64,000 nt of DNA from NCBI RefSeq assembly GCF_028368995.1, contig NZ_JAQNDL010000003.1:1696001-1760000 (forward strand), in the 5' to 3' direction. Made by a program: the position numbers and the translations under genes. Positions 19,761-29,196 of the stretch are shown one piece after another. The notes beneath the pieces are model-generated. The model was not told the DNA's origin, did no database searches, and was given only the letters and a program-made list of their open reading frames with translations. Numbering within the stretch: position 1 is the stretch's first letter; each line of letters begins with the position of its first letter. The DNA comes from Nannocystis bainbridge. GTDB lineage: Bacteria; Myxococcota_A; Polyangia; Nannocystales; Nannocystaceae.

Positions 19761-20624
19761 ATGCTCCGTCCCGCACCGGCCGCCCTCGTCGCCCTGCTCG
19801 CCGCCGCCTGCGGTGGCACGCCGACCCCGCCGCCGCCGACCAAGGTCGAGGTCTCGTCGCACCCCGCGGAGATCCAGCCGCCCGAGCGCGACGTCCGGAA
19901 CCCGTTCCGCCGCGCCGATCGCGACCCGCCGCCGCCGCGCTCCGAGCCGCAGTTGCCCCCGGCCGAGCTCGGCCAGGCCCTCGCCGCCGCCGCCGCCGCG
20001 CGGGCCGCCGGCAACGACGTCGAGGTCACCCAGGCGCTGCTCCCGTGCGCCAACAAGATCCCCAAGAGCACCCGCTGCGAGGGCGAGCTGGCGCTCGTGC
20101 TCGCCAAGTCGGCCGGGCACAAGGCCGAGTCCGACTACTACCTCCAGCACGCGATCGCCGACGACGACCCCGCCGCCGACGCCGATTTTTACGGCCGTCT
20201 GGCCGCGGCGCTGCGGCTGGCGCCGATGCTGCCCGAGGCGGCGGTCGCGCTGCAGCGGCGCATCGCTCGCCTGCCCGAGCCGGCCGCGGCCGACTGGCTC
20301 GCCCTGGCCGAGGTGCTCCAGGGCCTGCCGCGGCGCGAGGCCGAGGCGGCCGAGGCGCTGCAGCGGGCCTTCGAGCGCGACCCCAGTCAGCTCAAGTACC
20401 TGGGCGACGCCGGCGAGCTGCTGTCGCAGGTCCCGGGCCGGGGTGCGGAAGCGCTCACCATCCTTCAACGCTACCGCGAATCGATCCGCACCACCGAGCC
20501 GGAGCTGCTCCCGGGCCTCGATCAGCGGATCGCGCAGGTCCAGGCCGAGTTGAACCCGCCGGCGGTCGCGCCGGGCACGGCGCCTGCGCACGCCAAGAGT
20601 GCGAAGCCAGCCACCCCGAAGTAA
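19761..20624 (+). CDS. TPR-like lipoprotein
   Basis: LLAAC lipobox, Pro-rich linker, helical TPR-like repeats. Confidence 0.8.
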   Translation: MLRPAPAALVALLAAACGGTPTPPPPTKVEVSSHPAEIQPPERDVRNPFRRADRDPPPPRSEPQLPPAELGQALAAAAAARAAGNDVEVTQALLPCANKIPKSTRCEGELALVLAKSAGHKAESDYYLQHAIADDDPAADADFYGRLAAALRLAPMLPEAAVALQRRIARLPEPAAADWLALAEVLQGLPRREAEAAEALQRAFERDPSQLKYLGDAGELLSQVPGRGAEALTILQRYRESIRTTEPELLPGLDQRIAQVQAELNPPAVAPGTAPAHAKSAKPATPK

Positions 20625-20708
20625 TCGCCGTCAATCGCGGCACCAGACCCCGCGGAAAGCGGCTTGTTTGACCAGTCGCCGCGCGGTGTGCGACCCTTGA
20701 GCGCCCCC

Positions 20709-23700
20709 GTGGACAATAAGCGCAACGGTTCCGGTCCTCCTCCGCCGCCGCGGAACGGAGGTCACAAGCCTCCGCCTCCGGGCCGACCGGCGACGTTTCA
20801 GTTCACTGACGACGACGACGACGCGCCCTTCCGCCCGCACGAGGCGGGGGAGAGCCTCCCCGAGCTGGCCGCCGACCTGGTCGACGACGAGGCTGCGCCC
20901 GAGGACGGCGATTTCGCCGATGCCAGCATGAGCCAGGATCGCCGCAGTCAGCCCTCGCCCTCGCCCTTGCGCGAGCGCCGCGGCGCGTTCCTCGACGACG
21001 GCGAGATCGCGCTCCCGCCTGGCCTCTCGCAGGTCGTGCGCAGTCAAGCCAGCCGCTTCCCCTTCCGCGACGTCGCCGACGACGACGACGAGCTGGGGGC
21101 CGCCTTGACCCCCGCCGACGACGAGCCGACCCCGCCGTGGGCCGACGACGACGACGACGACGCCCCGACCACCGCCATGCCGGTCCAGTCGTCGGCCGGC
21201 GCCGGTTCGAGCTGGCCCAAGGCACCTGTCCCGAAGGCCATCCGCGACGACGACGACGACGCCCCGATCGCCGACGCCGTCACCACCGTGAGGCGCCGGT
21301 TCGGCCACGAAGAAGACGACTTCACCGACCTCAACGAGCCCTCGCGCGCCCTCGCGGCCGCGAGGCGGCGCCCGCCTGCCGCCGAGCAGGACGCGCCGAC
21401 GCTCAAGCGCCGGGTCGACTCCGCGGCCGTGGGCGCCGCGCTCGACCGCTCCGGCCTGGCCCCCGCGCTCGAGGTCACCCTGCACCCGGTCGACGACGAG
21501 CCGTTGCCGCCGCCGCCGATCGCCGCCGCGCTCGACGACGACGAGACTCTTTCGCCGCTGATCGCCTCGGCCCAGAGCGGGGTCGCGTTCGCCCGCCCGA
21601 GCCTCGACGAGCCGGCTCCGCCGCCCGAGGAGTCCGAGGTCGACCAGCCGCTGTCCGCCTTGACTGTCCCTCGGGACAGGCGCCCCGGCACCCCGATCCA
21701 CGTCAGCGATCTCGACGACGACGACGACGACGAGCTCGGCGATCCCGGCGACAGCATGCTGGCCGCCCCGGTCAAGCTGGCGCCGCCGCCCCGCGAGCCG
21801 CTCGGCGAGCCGTTCCCGCTCGACCTGTGGAGCGACCCCGACGAGCTGATCGGCCGCGACATCGAGCGCTGGCGGCTCGTCAAGCCGCTCACCCACGGCA
21901 TCACCACCCGCGTCTACGCGGCCATCGACGAGCAGACCGACCGCCGCGTGGCGATCCGCGTGCTCGGCCCCGATCACTCGCCGGCCGGCCGCCGCGGCCG
22001 TCAGTTCCTCTACGAGGCCCAGCAGCTGGCCCGGCTGCGCCACGAATCTCTGGTCGAGGTGATCGACGCCGGCATCACCAGCGACCACCTCACCTACTAC
22101 GTGATGGAGCAGGTCGAGGGCGACTCGCTCGGCGCCGTGCTGCGGGCCGAGGGGCCGCTGCCGTGGCAGCAGGTGGCGATCCTCGTCACCCAGATCTGCG
22201 AGGCCCTGATCGTCGCCGCCGACAAGGGCGTGGTCGCCAGCGACCTCAACCTCGGCAGCGTCATTCGTCTGCACGCCGGCGACGACGAGGCCCGGCGGCG
22301 CCAGCCGATCAAGCTGCTCGACGTCGGCATCGCCCCGGTCGCCAGCATCTACCGCTCGCTCGACGGCAACCTCGTCGAGTCCAAGGGCACCCCGCCCGGC
22401 CACGCCGAGTACATGGCCCCCGAGCTGGCCAGCGGCGGCTTCCCGGGCGAGAGCACCTCGGTCTACGCCCTCGGCGTGATGATGTACGAGCTGCTCACCG
22501 GCCGGACCCCGTTCCGCGGCGACAGCTTCCTCTCGATCATCAAGAAGCAGATGTACGACGAGCCGAACGCGCCGCGGCTGGTCGTCCCGCAGCAGGACAT
22601 CGCCGAGCCGTTCGAGGACGTGGTCCTGCGCGCGCTGGCCAAGGACCCGTCGCGGCGCTACGGCTCGGTCCGCGAGCTGCACGAGGCCGTGCTGGCCGCC
22701 CGCGCCCGCGAGGGCGAGCTGCGCCGCGCCACCGCGATCCTCGCGCTCGACCCGACCGACTGGGACGAGGAGAGCGCCCGCAAGGCGGAGCCGTCCGAGC
22801 CGCGGGCCGCCCACGCCGACCCGACGCCGCTGGCGACCTTCACCGCCGACCTGCGCCAGCGCGACCCGGCCCTCGCCGCCGCCGTGCTCGACGGTCCGCC
22901 GCCACGCGCGGGCCAGGCCGCGCGCAGCGCCCCCGTGCCGCAGACGCGGAGCTCCGCGCGGTCGGAGCCGCGCGCCATCCCGATCCCGACCGCGCTGCGC
23001 AGCGCCTCGCCCTCGGGCTCGATGTCGTCGTCGCGGCCCGAGCCGAGCATGATCCTCGCGCACCTGGCCCCGCCGATCCGCGCGCCCGAGCCGGTGCTGC
23101 CGCGGCCGAAGACCGCGCCGCTGCCGGTCATCGTCGTCGCCCCGCCGTCGGCCGCCGCGCCCGCGCCGAACTTCGTGCGCAACGTCAGCGTCGCCGTCAT
23201 CCTCGGCGCCGCGCTGCTGTTCCTCGTCATCCTCGTGTCGCGGCGTCAGAACCCGCCCCCGCGCAAGGACGACGCCGTCGCCGAGGGCCCGCGGCGGGCC
23301 AAGGACAAGGAAGCCCCGCGGTCGAAGAAATCGGCGCGAGACGCCCGCAAGCAGACCGCCGACGAGCCCGAGCCGATCGTCGTCGGCGCCTCCGGGGTCG
23401 TGCCTCAACCTGTCCCCGAGGCCAGCCCGCCGCAACCTGTCCCCGAGGCCATCCCCGAGCCGTCACCTGTCCCCGAGGCCATCCCGCAGCCGACGGTGGT
23501 GACGCCCGAGCCCCCGCCGCCCGCCAAGGTCGAGCCGCCCCCGCCCGCCAAGGTCGAGCCCCCGCCCCCGGCCAAGGTCGAGCCGCCCCCGCCCGCCAAG
23601 AGCGAGCCGGTCGCCAAGACCGAGCCCAAGCCCAAGCCCAAGCCCAAGCCGCCGGCCAGCGACCTGCCGCTGCGCATCGAGCCCATCCGCCTCAAGTCCT

Positions 23701-23933
23701 ACTTCACAGCGATGGAGCCGCGCGTGGTCAAGGCCTGCTCGACCTTCCCCGGCTCGGCCGGCGCCCGCGTGTCGGTCAAGATCACCGTCGACGTGCACGG
23801 CAACGTCAAGGCCGTCGCCCAGGACAAGGCCAAGGGCACCCCGCTCGGCAACTGCGTCGAGAACTTCGTCGAGTCGAGCCGCTTCAACGAGACGCAACAG
23901 GGCGGCTCACGCCTGCACATGTTCGGGTTCTAG
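20709..23933 (+). CDS. Membrane Ser/Thr kinase-like protein (probable pseudokinase) with acidic disordered N-terminus and TonB-C-like C-terminus
   Basis: YYVMEQVEG, YMAPE, VYALGVMMYELLTGRTPF, RALAKDPSRRY; degenerate catalytic motifs; one TM; PPPAKVEP repeats. Start uncertain (20664 or 20709). Confidence 0.85.
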   Translation: MDNKRNGSGPPPPPRNGGHKPPPPGRPATFQFTDDDDDAPFRPHEAGESLPELAADLVDDEAAPEDGDFADASMSQDRRSQPSPSPLRERRGAFLDDGEIALPPGLSQVVRSQASRFPFRDVADDDDELGAALTPADDEPTPPWADDDDDDAPTTAMPVQSSAGAGSSWPKAPVPKAIRDDDDDAPIADAVTTVRRRFGHEEDDFTDLNEPSRALAAARRRPPAAEQDAPTLKRRVDSAAVGAALDRSGLAPALEVTLHPVDDEPLPPPPIAAALDDDETLSPLIASAQSGVAFARPSLDEPAPPPEESEVDQPLSALTVPRDRRPGTPIHVSDLDDDDDDELGDPGDSMLAAPVKLAPPPREPLGEPFPLDLWSDPDELIGRDIERWRLVKPLTHGITTRVYAAIDEQTDRRVAIRVLGPDHSPAGRRGRQFLYEAQQLARLRHESLVEVIDAGITSDHLTYYVMEQVEGDSLGAVLRAEGPLPWQQVAILVTQICEALIVAADKGVVASDLNLGSVIRLHAGDDEARRRQPIKLLDVGIAPVASIYRSLDGNLVESKGTPPGHAEYMAPELASGGFPGESTSVYALGVMMYELLTGRTPFRGDSFLSIIKKQMYDEPNAPRLVVPQQDIAEPFEDVVLRALAKDPSRRYGSVRELHEAVLAARAREGELRRATAILALDPTDWDEESARKAEPSEPRAAHADPTPLATFTADLRQRDPALAAAVLDGPPPRAGQAARSAPVPQTRSSARSEPRAIPIPTALRSASPSGSMSSSRPEPSMILAHLAPPIRAPEPVLPRPKTAPLPVIVVAPPSAAAPAPNFVRNVSVAVILGAALLFLVILVSRRQNPPPRKDDAVAEGPRRAKDKEAPRSKKSARDARKQTADEPEPIVVGASGVVPQPVPEASPPQPVPEAIPEPSPVPEAIPQPTVVTPEPPPPAKVEPPPPAKVEPPPPAKVEPPPPAKSEPVAKTEPKPKPKPKPPASDLPLRIEPIRLKSYFTAMEPRVVKACSTFPGSAGARVSVKITVDVHGNVKAVAQDKAKGTPLGNCVENFVESSRFNETQQGGSRLHMFGF

Positions 23934-24839
23934 CGGCCCGTCACGCCACGTCCAGGTCGCCGGATCCCACACGGCGGCCTGCGCTTCACGACCCAGCACC
24001 GGTCCGAGGAACGCCCGCACCGCGGCGGTCACCTCGGGCAGCGTGGGCCACGGCAACTCGTGCTGGCGCGCCATCCGGGCGTACGGCGCTTCCCACGGGT
24101 CGGGCGGATCGGGGAACGTCTCCAGCAACGGGTGCGTGCGGCGAAACGAGAACGTCAGCTCGAGCGCCGCGAGCAGGCGGGCCCTTTCGACGGCCCGGAC
24201 GCTCGCCAGCAACGCCAGGTCCGGGAGATCCTTGACCCGCGAGTTCATGCGCGTTCGCGGCAACGTATAAGCATGCAGCTTCTCGGCGACGTGCGTCTCG
24301 AGCGGATAAACCCGGAAGCTCGCCCGCGACACGCCGATGAAGGCCAGCGCGTCCTCGCCGGCGACCACCTCGGGCTCGCCCAGGCTCGGCTCGCCGAAGA
24401 CCACATCGACCCCGAACGGATCGGCGAACGGCTGCCCCGACAGGCTGCATTCGACCCTGAATCGCCTCCCGCCGTGAATCGCCCCGTCCGCCACGATCTC
24501 CGGGTGCTCGGGATCCTCGTGGAGCTCGAAGCGAAAGAAGTCACCCAGATCGTGAACCACCGCGGCGCGGAGCTTCGCCTGCAAATCCTCAGCGTCACCC
24601 ACCCACCGCAGGTCGACGTCCCTCGTCGCCCGCGCGCGTTCGATCCGCAGCTCGAGCGCGAACCCTCCTTTCAAGGTCACGGTCGCGGGGTACGCCGCGA
24701 AGATCCGCGCCAGGAACCGCTCGAACACCAGCCGCTGTCGCTGTCGCGTCAACGGGACCCTTTGGGTCGCCGCGGCCCGCAGCCGCGTGTCCAGGGCCTG
24801 CTTGAAGCCGAGCGCAGAATCGTACTTCTTGACGCTCAT
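23907..24839 (-). CDS. abiEii: AbiEii/AbiGii-family nucleotidyltransferase toxin
   Basis: LKGGFAL, RATRDVD, AEKLHA, SRVKDLPD. Confidence 0.9.
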   Translation of the reverse strand: MSVKKYDSALGFKQALDTRLRAAATQRVPLTRQRQRLVFERFLARIFAAYPATVTLKGGFALELRIERARATRDVDLRWVGDAEDLQAKLRAAVVHDLGDFFRFELHEDPEHPEIVADGAIHGGRRFRVECSLSGQPFADPFGVDVVFGEPSLGEPEVVAGEDALAFIGVSRASFRVYPLETHVAEKLHAYTLPRTRMNSRVKDLPDLALLASVRAVERARLLAALELTFSFRRTHPLLETFPDPPDPWEAPYARMARQHELPWPTLPEVTAAVRAFLGPVLGREAQAAVWDPATWTWRDGPLEPEHVQA

Positions 24840-25414
24840 GGATCGAGCCCGCCGTAGGGGAGCAGCGCTCGCTCGACCTCGCCGATTGCTTCGCGGTCCA
24901 CAAGCCCGCGCCGAAGTGCTTGCATCGCAGCCTGCTTTAGCAGCTCCGGCGAGACAGCGCCCGCCGCACAATCTCGCAGCGTGCGGACCACCGACGTCAC
25001 GGGCACGGCTCCGAACCACTGCCGCTCCTCCGGCGGCACCTCGTCATACGCGACGACCACCCCGTCCGGGCCTCTTCGCCGGCGCCAGCGGATCGGCAAC
25101 GTGATGTGGATGTTCGCGGGCAGGACATCGGAGAGGCGATGCAGCGCCAGCGCGGTCTCATGGGAGAACACGCCCTCGCGATCCGACTGCAACCAGATCT
25201 CTGCCAGCTCCTCGTGCTCGCCCACCGGATAGCGGACGAGGCGGTACACGGCCCGGCGGGGCCGTCGCACGTGCCCGCGGTGGAGATGCGCCTGCAGGTT
25301 CGGCCGCGAAATCCCGGCCGACTGCGCCTGGTCGACCGAAAAGTAGCCGTCCTGCGCGGCCGCGATCTCGAACAGCCGGTCCCAGTCGGGCCCCCCCTCC
25401 TCGCGCCGCCGCAT
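24836..25414 (-). CDS. abiEi: AbiEi-family antitoxin / transcriptional regulator
   Basis: AAAQDGYFS..QA, VFSHETALALH, PVTSVVRTLRD; ATGA overlap with the toxin gene. Confidence 0.88.
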   Translation of the reverse strand: MRRREEGGPDWDRLFEIAAAQDGYFSVDQAQSAGISRPNLQAHLHRGHVRRPRRAVYRLVRYPVGEHEELAEIWLQSDREGVFSHETALALHRLSDVLPANIHITLPIRWRRRRGPDGVVVAYDEVPPEERQWFGAVPVTSVVRTLRDCAAGAVSPELLKQAAMQALRRGLVDREAIGEVERALLPYGGLDP

Positions 25415-25499
25415 GCAGAAACGTTAAATCCGATTGAACTTTTCTGCAAAGCGCGACTCACCCGTGCAGAATTGTTCAATGGCATTTTACTTTTCTGTA
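25414..25499. promoter_or_regulatory. Putative AbiEi operator: four ~16-bp half-sites in alternating orientation
   Basis: TGCAGAAACGTTAAAT (25414), ATTGAACTTTTCTGCA (25433), TGCAGAATTGTTCAAT (25465), ATTTTACTTTTCTGTA (25484); AT-rich. Confidence 0.7.
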
Positions 25500-25617
25500 T
25501 CTCCAAACTCACAAAGCGCAATATCGCGCGTCTACACCCCTGCTCGATATCGCGCTGTGCGCGCCGAGGAATCTGTCCTGGCCGCCTTCGCCACCTGTCC
25601 CGAAGGACATCCCGACT

Positions 25618-25944
25618 TCACGGCCGATCGCGGATCAGCCTGAACACCAGCCGGTGTCCCTCGCCTGCATCCGGTCGCCAGCCGTCTGCCAGCGCCTGCC
25701 TCACCATCACGCGCACCATCCCCGGCTTCACCGCCGTCTTGTGCGAATGCACCTTGTTTTCGCAGCGCATCAATCCCGTGTCGACCATCAGCACTGCCCG
25801 GGACGGCGGCACTACTCGCTGGATCGCCACTGTCATGCCGCCCTGGCCCTCCGCTTGCGCCGGGGTCGGCCCCGGGCGGATCGTCCACGCATAGACCTCC
25901 TCGCCGACCTCGACCTTGCGGCTGCCGCGGGACCTGATGCTCAC
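25618..25944 (-). CDS. Hypothetical protein
   Basis: SRKVEVGEEVYAWTIR...AVKPGMVRVMVRQALADGWRP; natural-looking composition. Confidence 0.65.
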   Translation of the reverse strand: MSIRSRGSRKVEVGEEVYAWTIRPGPTPAQAEGQGGMTVAIQRVVPPSRAVLMVDTGLMRCENKVHSHKTAVKPGMVRVMVRQALADGWRPDAGEGHRLVFRLIRDRP

Positions 25945-25970
25945 CGCACCAGCATCGCCGATGCGCCCGC

Positions 25971-27020
25971 TCAGCGCAGCAGCAGTTCGGCCCGCAGCTC
26001 GCGGGACGCCAGCGTCGCCTGGTGCAGCGCCCACTGGCCCTTCGCGCGGTGCAGGTGATGTTCGCCCGCCGCCGGGAAGCGCTGGGGGTCCCAGCCGAAA
26101 TAGCGCTCGTTCAGCGCGTCGGCGGCGAACCTGGCCGTCAGCTCGAGCGCGATCCACTCGACCCCGTGGACCAGGTTGCGGCGCTCCACTGGCGCGAGCG
26201 GGAACGTCAGCGCCTCCAGCCAGCCGGCCAGCGCCGCCGCGAAGATCTCCGCGTCGAAGCTCGGTGAGCCGCGCTCCTCTCCCGCCGGGTTACACCACGA
26301 GCGCCACGCGTCGCCGAGCTCGTGGTGCAGCGGCATCGGGGCCACCGAGTCGAGGTCGATCAGGCAATGCGCCTGTCCTTCGGGACCTGTCCCATCGAAC
26401 AGCAGATTGTTGAACTTCAGGTCGCCGTGGCCGACCCGCAGCGGCGCCGGGGCCAGCGGCGGCAGCGTCTCGACCGCCGCGAACACCGCTCGCGCCAATG
26501 GTTCGACCTCCGCGAACAGCCGGTGCTCGCGGTGCTGCGCCACCGCCTCGGCCAGCGTGCGCAGGTGGGCCGGCGTGTCGTGGAGCGTGCGGCGGACCGC
26601 GAACGGGTGCTCGAGGTCGGCCAGGGTCGCGTGGAACCTGCCGACCAGCGCCCCGGCCGAGCGCGCCTGCGCCGGGCTCGTCACCGCCTCGAAGCTCACC
26701 CCGGCGATCCGCGTCATCGCCCGCCAGATCCCGCGCTCGCCGAGGTCCGCCCAGCGCTCGCCGCTCGCGGTCGCCAGCAGGCGCGGGCTGACCTCGCCGC
26801 GGCGGCGCAGGTGCTCCGTCACCGCGGCGATGTTGTCGTGGATCTGCGGGGCGAAGATCGGGTGCAGGCGCTGCAGCACGAACGCGCCGGCGGGGGCCTG
26901 CACCGCGAAGGTCGCGTTGATGAGCCCGCCGGTCAGCGGGCTGACCGCGCCGCCGGCGAGCTCGGGGAACCGCGCGAGCGCCTCGGCGATCGCGGCGGCG
27001 TCGGGGGGCGGCCGGCTCAT
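25971..27020 (-). CDS. Aminoglycoside phosphotransferase-family kinase (N-acetylhexosamine-kinase-like)
   Basis: GLINATF, FVLQRL, HGDLKFNNLLF, LIDLD; ATGA overlap with the transporter stop. Confidence 0.85.
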   Translation of the reverse strand: MSRPPPDAAAIAEALARFPELAGGAVSPLTGGLINATFAVQAPAGAFVLQRLHPIFAPQIHDNIAAVTEHLRRRGEVSPRLLATASGERWADLGERGIWRAMTRIAGVSFEAVTSPAQARSAGALVGRFHATLADLEHPFAVRRTLHDTPAHLRTLAEAVAQHREHRLFAEVEPLARAVFAAVETLPPLAPAPLRVGHGDLKFNNLLFDGTGPEGQAHCLIDLDSVAPMPLHHELGDAWRSWCNPAGEERGSPSFDAEIFAAALAGWLEALTFPLAPVERRNLVHGVEWIALELTARFAADALNERYFGWDPQRFPAAGEHHLHRAKGQWALHQATLASRELRAELLLR

Positions 27021-28750
27021 TTGAGGTACTTGTTCATGACCCGGCGCAGGCGCGGCAGCATCAGCACGATCATCAGCGACGCGAGCAGGGCCCCGCCGAA
27101 GTTGATCAGGAACACCGCCGACTTGTGCTCGAACAGGGTGAACAGGCCCGAGAGGATGCCGGACAGCTTGTTGCCGATCGACGTCGAGAGGAACCAGCCG
27201 CCCATCATCAGCGCGGTGAGGCGGGCCGGGCTGAGCTTCGACACCAGCGACAGGCCCATCGGCGACAGGCACAGCTCGCCGATGGTGATCACCCCGTAGG
27301 TGCCGATGAGCCACAGGGCCGTGCCCTTGTCGGCGCCGTTGTGGGTGTAGAAGGTCGCGGCGACCATCACGAGGGTCGAGAGCGCGGTGATCGCCAGGCC
27401 GAGGGCGATCTTGCCCGGCGTCGACGGCTCCTTGTTCTTGCGCCGCATCCACGCGAAGAAGCCGACCACGAACGGGGTCAGGACCACGACGAAGAACGCG
27501 TTGACCGACTGGAACAGCTCGGTCGACACCAGCTTGGTCTGGGCCGCCTTGCAGCTCGCCTCGGTCTCGGGCGTGAGCACCTCGGTCTTGCAGGCGGGGC
27601 TCGGCGGCGGCGGCCACTCGCTCTTCGGCACGTTGTTGAAGTACGGGTCGGGGCCGAGCTCCTTGGCCGGCTTGCCGTCGGGCCCGAGCACGGGGGTGCC
27701 GTGGTCGTCGACGATGGTGACCTCGCGCAGGCTGGTGTCGACGCGCTGGACCCCGCCGACGCCCTCGAGCAGCGGCGCTGCGACTTCGGGGATCTCGCGC
27801 CGGGTGTAGCGGTCGGCCCAGGTGGTGAGGGCGTCGCCGTTCTGGTGGAAGATGGCCCAGAACGCGATCACGGCGGCGAACAGCGGCAGCAGGGCGCCGA
27901 TGCGCTCCTTGTCCTCGCCGTCGGAGCCCTTCCAGAGCTTGTAGTAGAACCAGGTCACCGGCAGGCAGGCGAACAGGAACGCGTCGTTCGACTTGGAGCC
28001 GAACACGGTCCAGCCGTCGCCGCCGAGCAGCGTGGGCACGAACCACCCGAGCGCGGCGAACACCGCCGCCGGCCCGAACACCGCCGCGAGGATCTGCCCG
28101 ACCGGCTGGTCGCCCGGCTTGGTCGGCTTCAGCACGTCGGCCTCGGCCGTGTGCTTCATGCCGGTGAGGAACCAGCCGACGCCGAAGAACATGCCGATGC
28201 CCGCCGCCAAGAAGGCATAGCCCCAGCCGTAGGTGTTGCGCAGGTACGCGGCGACGAAGTTGCAGATGAAGGCACCGATGTTGATGCCCATGTAAAAGAT
28301 GTTGAAGCCGGCGTCCTTGTGCTCTTTGTACTGCTCGTTGTTGTAAAGGTTGCCGACCAGCGTCGAGATGTTGGGCTTGAAGAAGCCGTTGCCGATGATG
28401 ATCAGCAGCAGCGACAGGAAGAACCACGGACCGTAGCCCGGGATCGCCAGGCCCGAATAACCGAGGCCCATCAGCACGCCGCCGATCACGATGGCGCGGC
28501 GATAACCGAGGACCCGGTCGGCCAGCAGACCGCCGATGAACGGGGTCAGATACACCAGCGCGATGTAGGTGCCGTAGATGTCGCTGGCCTGCTGCGGCGC
28601 CAGCCCCAGCCCCGACTTCGCCGGCATCGCCGCGTCCGCACCCGCCTTCATGTACAGGGTGAAGATCCCGAGCATGAGGTAAAAGCCGAAGCGCTCCCAC
28701 ATCTCGGTGAAGAACAGGACCGGCAGGCCGCGCGGGTGGTTCTTGAACAT
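27017..28750 (-). CDS. POT-family proton-dependent oligopeptide transporter
   Basis: LFFTEMWERFGFY, GNGFFKPNIS, FYMGINIGA, GELCLSPMGLS. Confidence 0.95.
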   Translation of the reverse strand: MFKNHPRGLPVLFFTEMWERFGFYLMLGIFTLYMKAGADAAMPAKSGLGLAPQQASDIYGTYIALVYLTPFIGGLLADRVLGYRRAIVIGGVLMGLGYSGLAIPGYGPWFFLSLLLIIIGNGFFKPNISTLVGNLYNNEQYKEHKDAGFNIFYMGINIGAFICNFVAAYLRNTYGWGYAFLAAGIGMFFGVGWFLTGMKHTAEADVLKPTKPGDQPVGQILAAVFGPAAVFAALGWFVPTLLGGDGWTVFGSKSNDAFLFACLPVTWFYYKLWKGSDGEDKERIGALLPLFAAVIAFWAIFHQNGDALTTWADRYTRREIPEVAAPLLEGVGGVQRVDTSLREVTIVDDHGTPVLGPDGKPAKELGPDPYFNNVPKSEWPPPPSPACKTEVLTPETEASCKAAQTKLVSTELFQSVNAFFVVVLTPFVVGFFAWMRRKNKEPSTPGKIALGLAITALSTLVMVAATFYTHNGADKGTALWLIGTYGVITIGELCLSPMGLSLVSKLSPARLTALMMGGWFLSTSIGNKLSGILSGLFTLFEHKSAVFLINFGGALLASLMIVLMLPRLRRVMNKYLK

Positions 28751-29196
28751 CGGGCCCAACGATAGGGCCCGACAAGCCCGCGCGACAAGTGCGAATCCAG
28801 GGCCCGGTGGCCGGACCGCGGCGCGCCCGCAGCGGCCTCGCCGCAATCTCGCCGCCCGACCTGCACAGCGCCGCCCGCAGCGCCCGCGCCGACTCACGCC
28901 GACTCAGACCGAACAGCCGTGCGAAGGCCGGTCCGCCCGCACCACGCCCGCAGCCTGCGAACGTGCATGCACCGTCACCCTCACGAATGATTCGGCCAGC
29001 GGCGAATCACCGCGCACGGCCGAGTACGATGCGATCCCGGCAGGACGGTGGTTCCTTGTCGAGGACAAGCCATCGGCCGCGCTCCACCGATCTCGATCGG
29101 CACGGACTCGCCGCCTCGGGGCCGCGTCGGTTCATCGCAGCGGCGTCCTCTCGCTACACCTCGCCGGCCCGCGCTCACGCCGCGAACGGCCGCGCC

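Noticed and set aside
25971-28775. 934-aa ORF as a transporter-kinase fusion
   Set aside because: The upstream part is an off-frame overlay of the POT gene; the real kinase starts at 27020.
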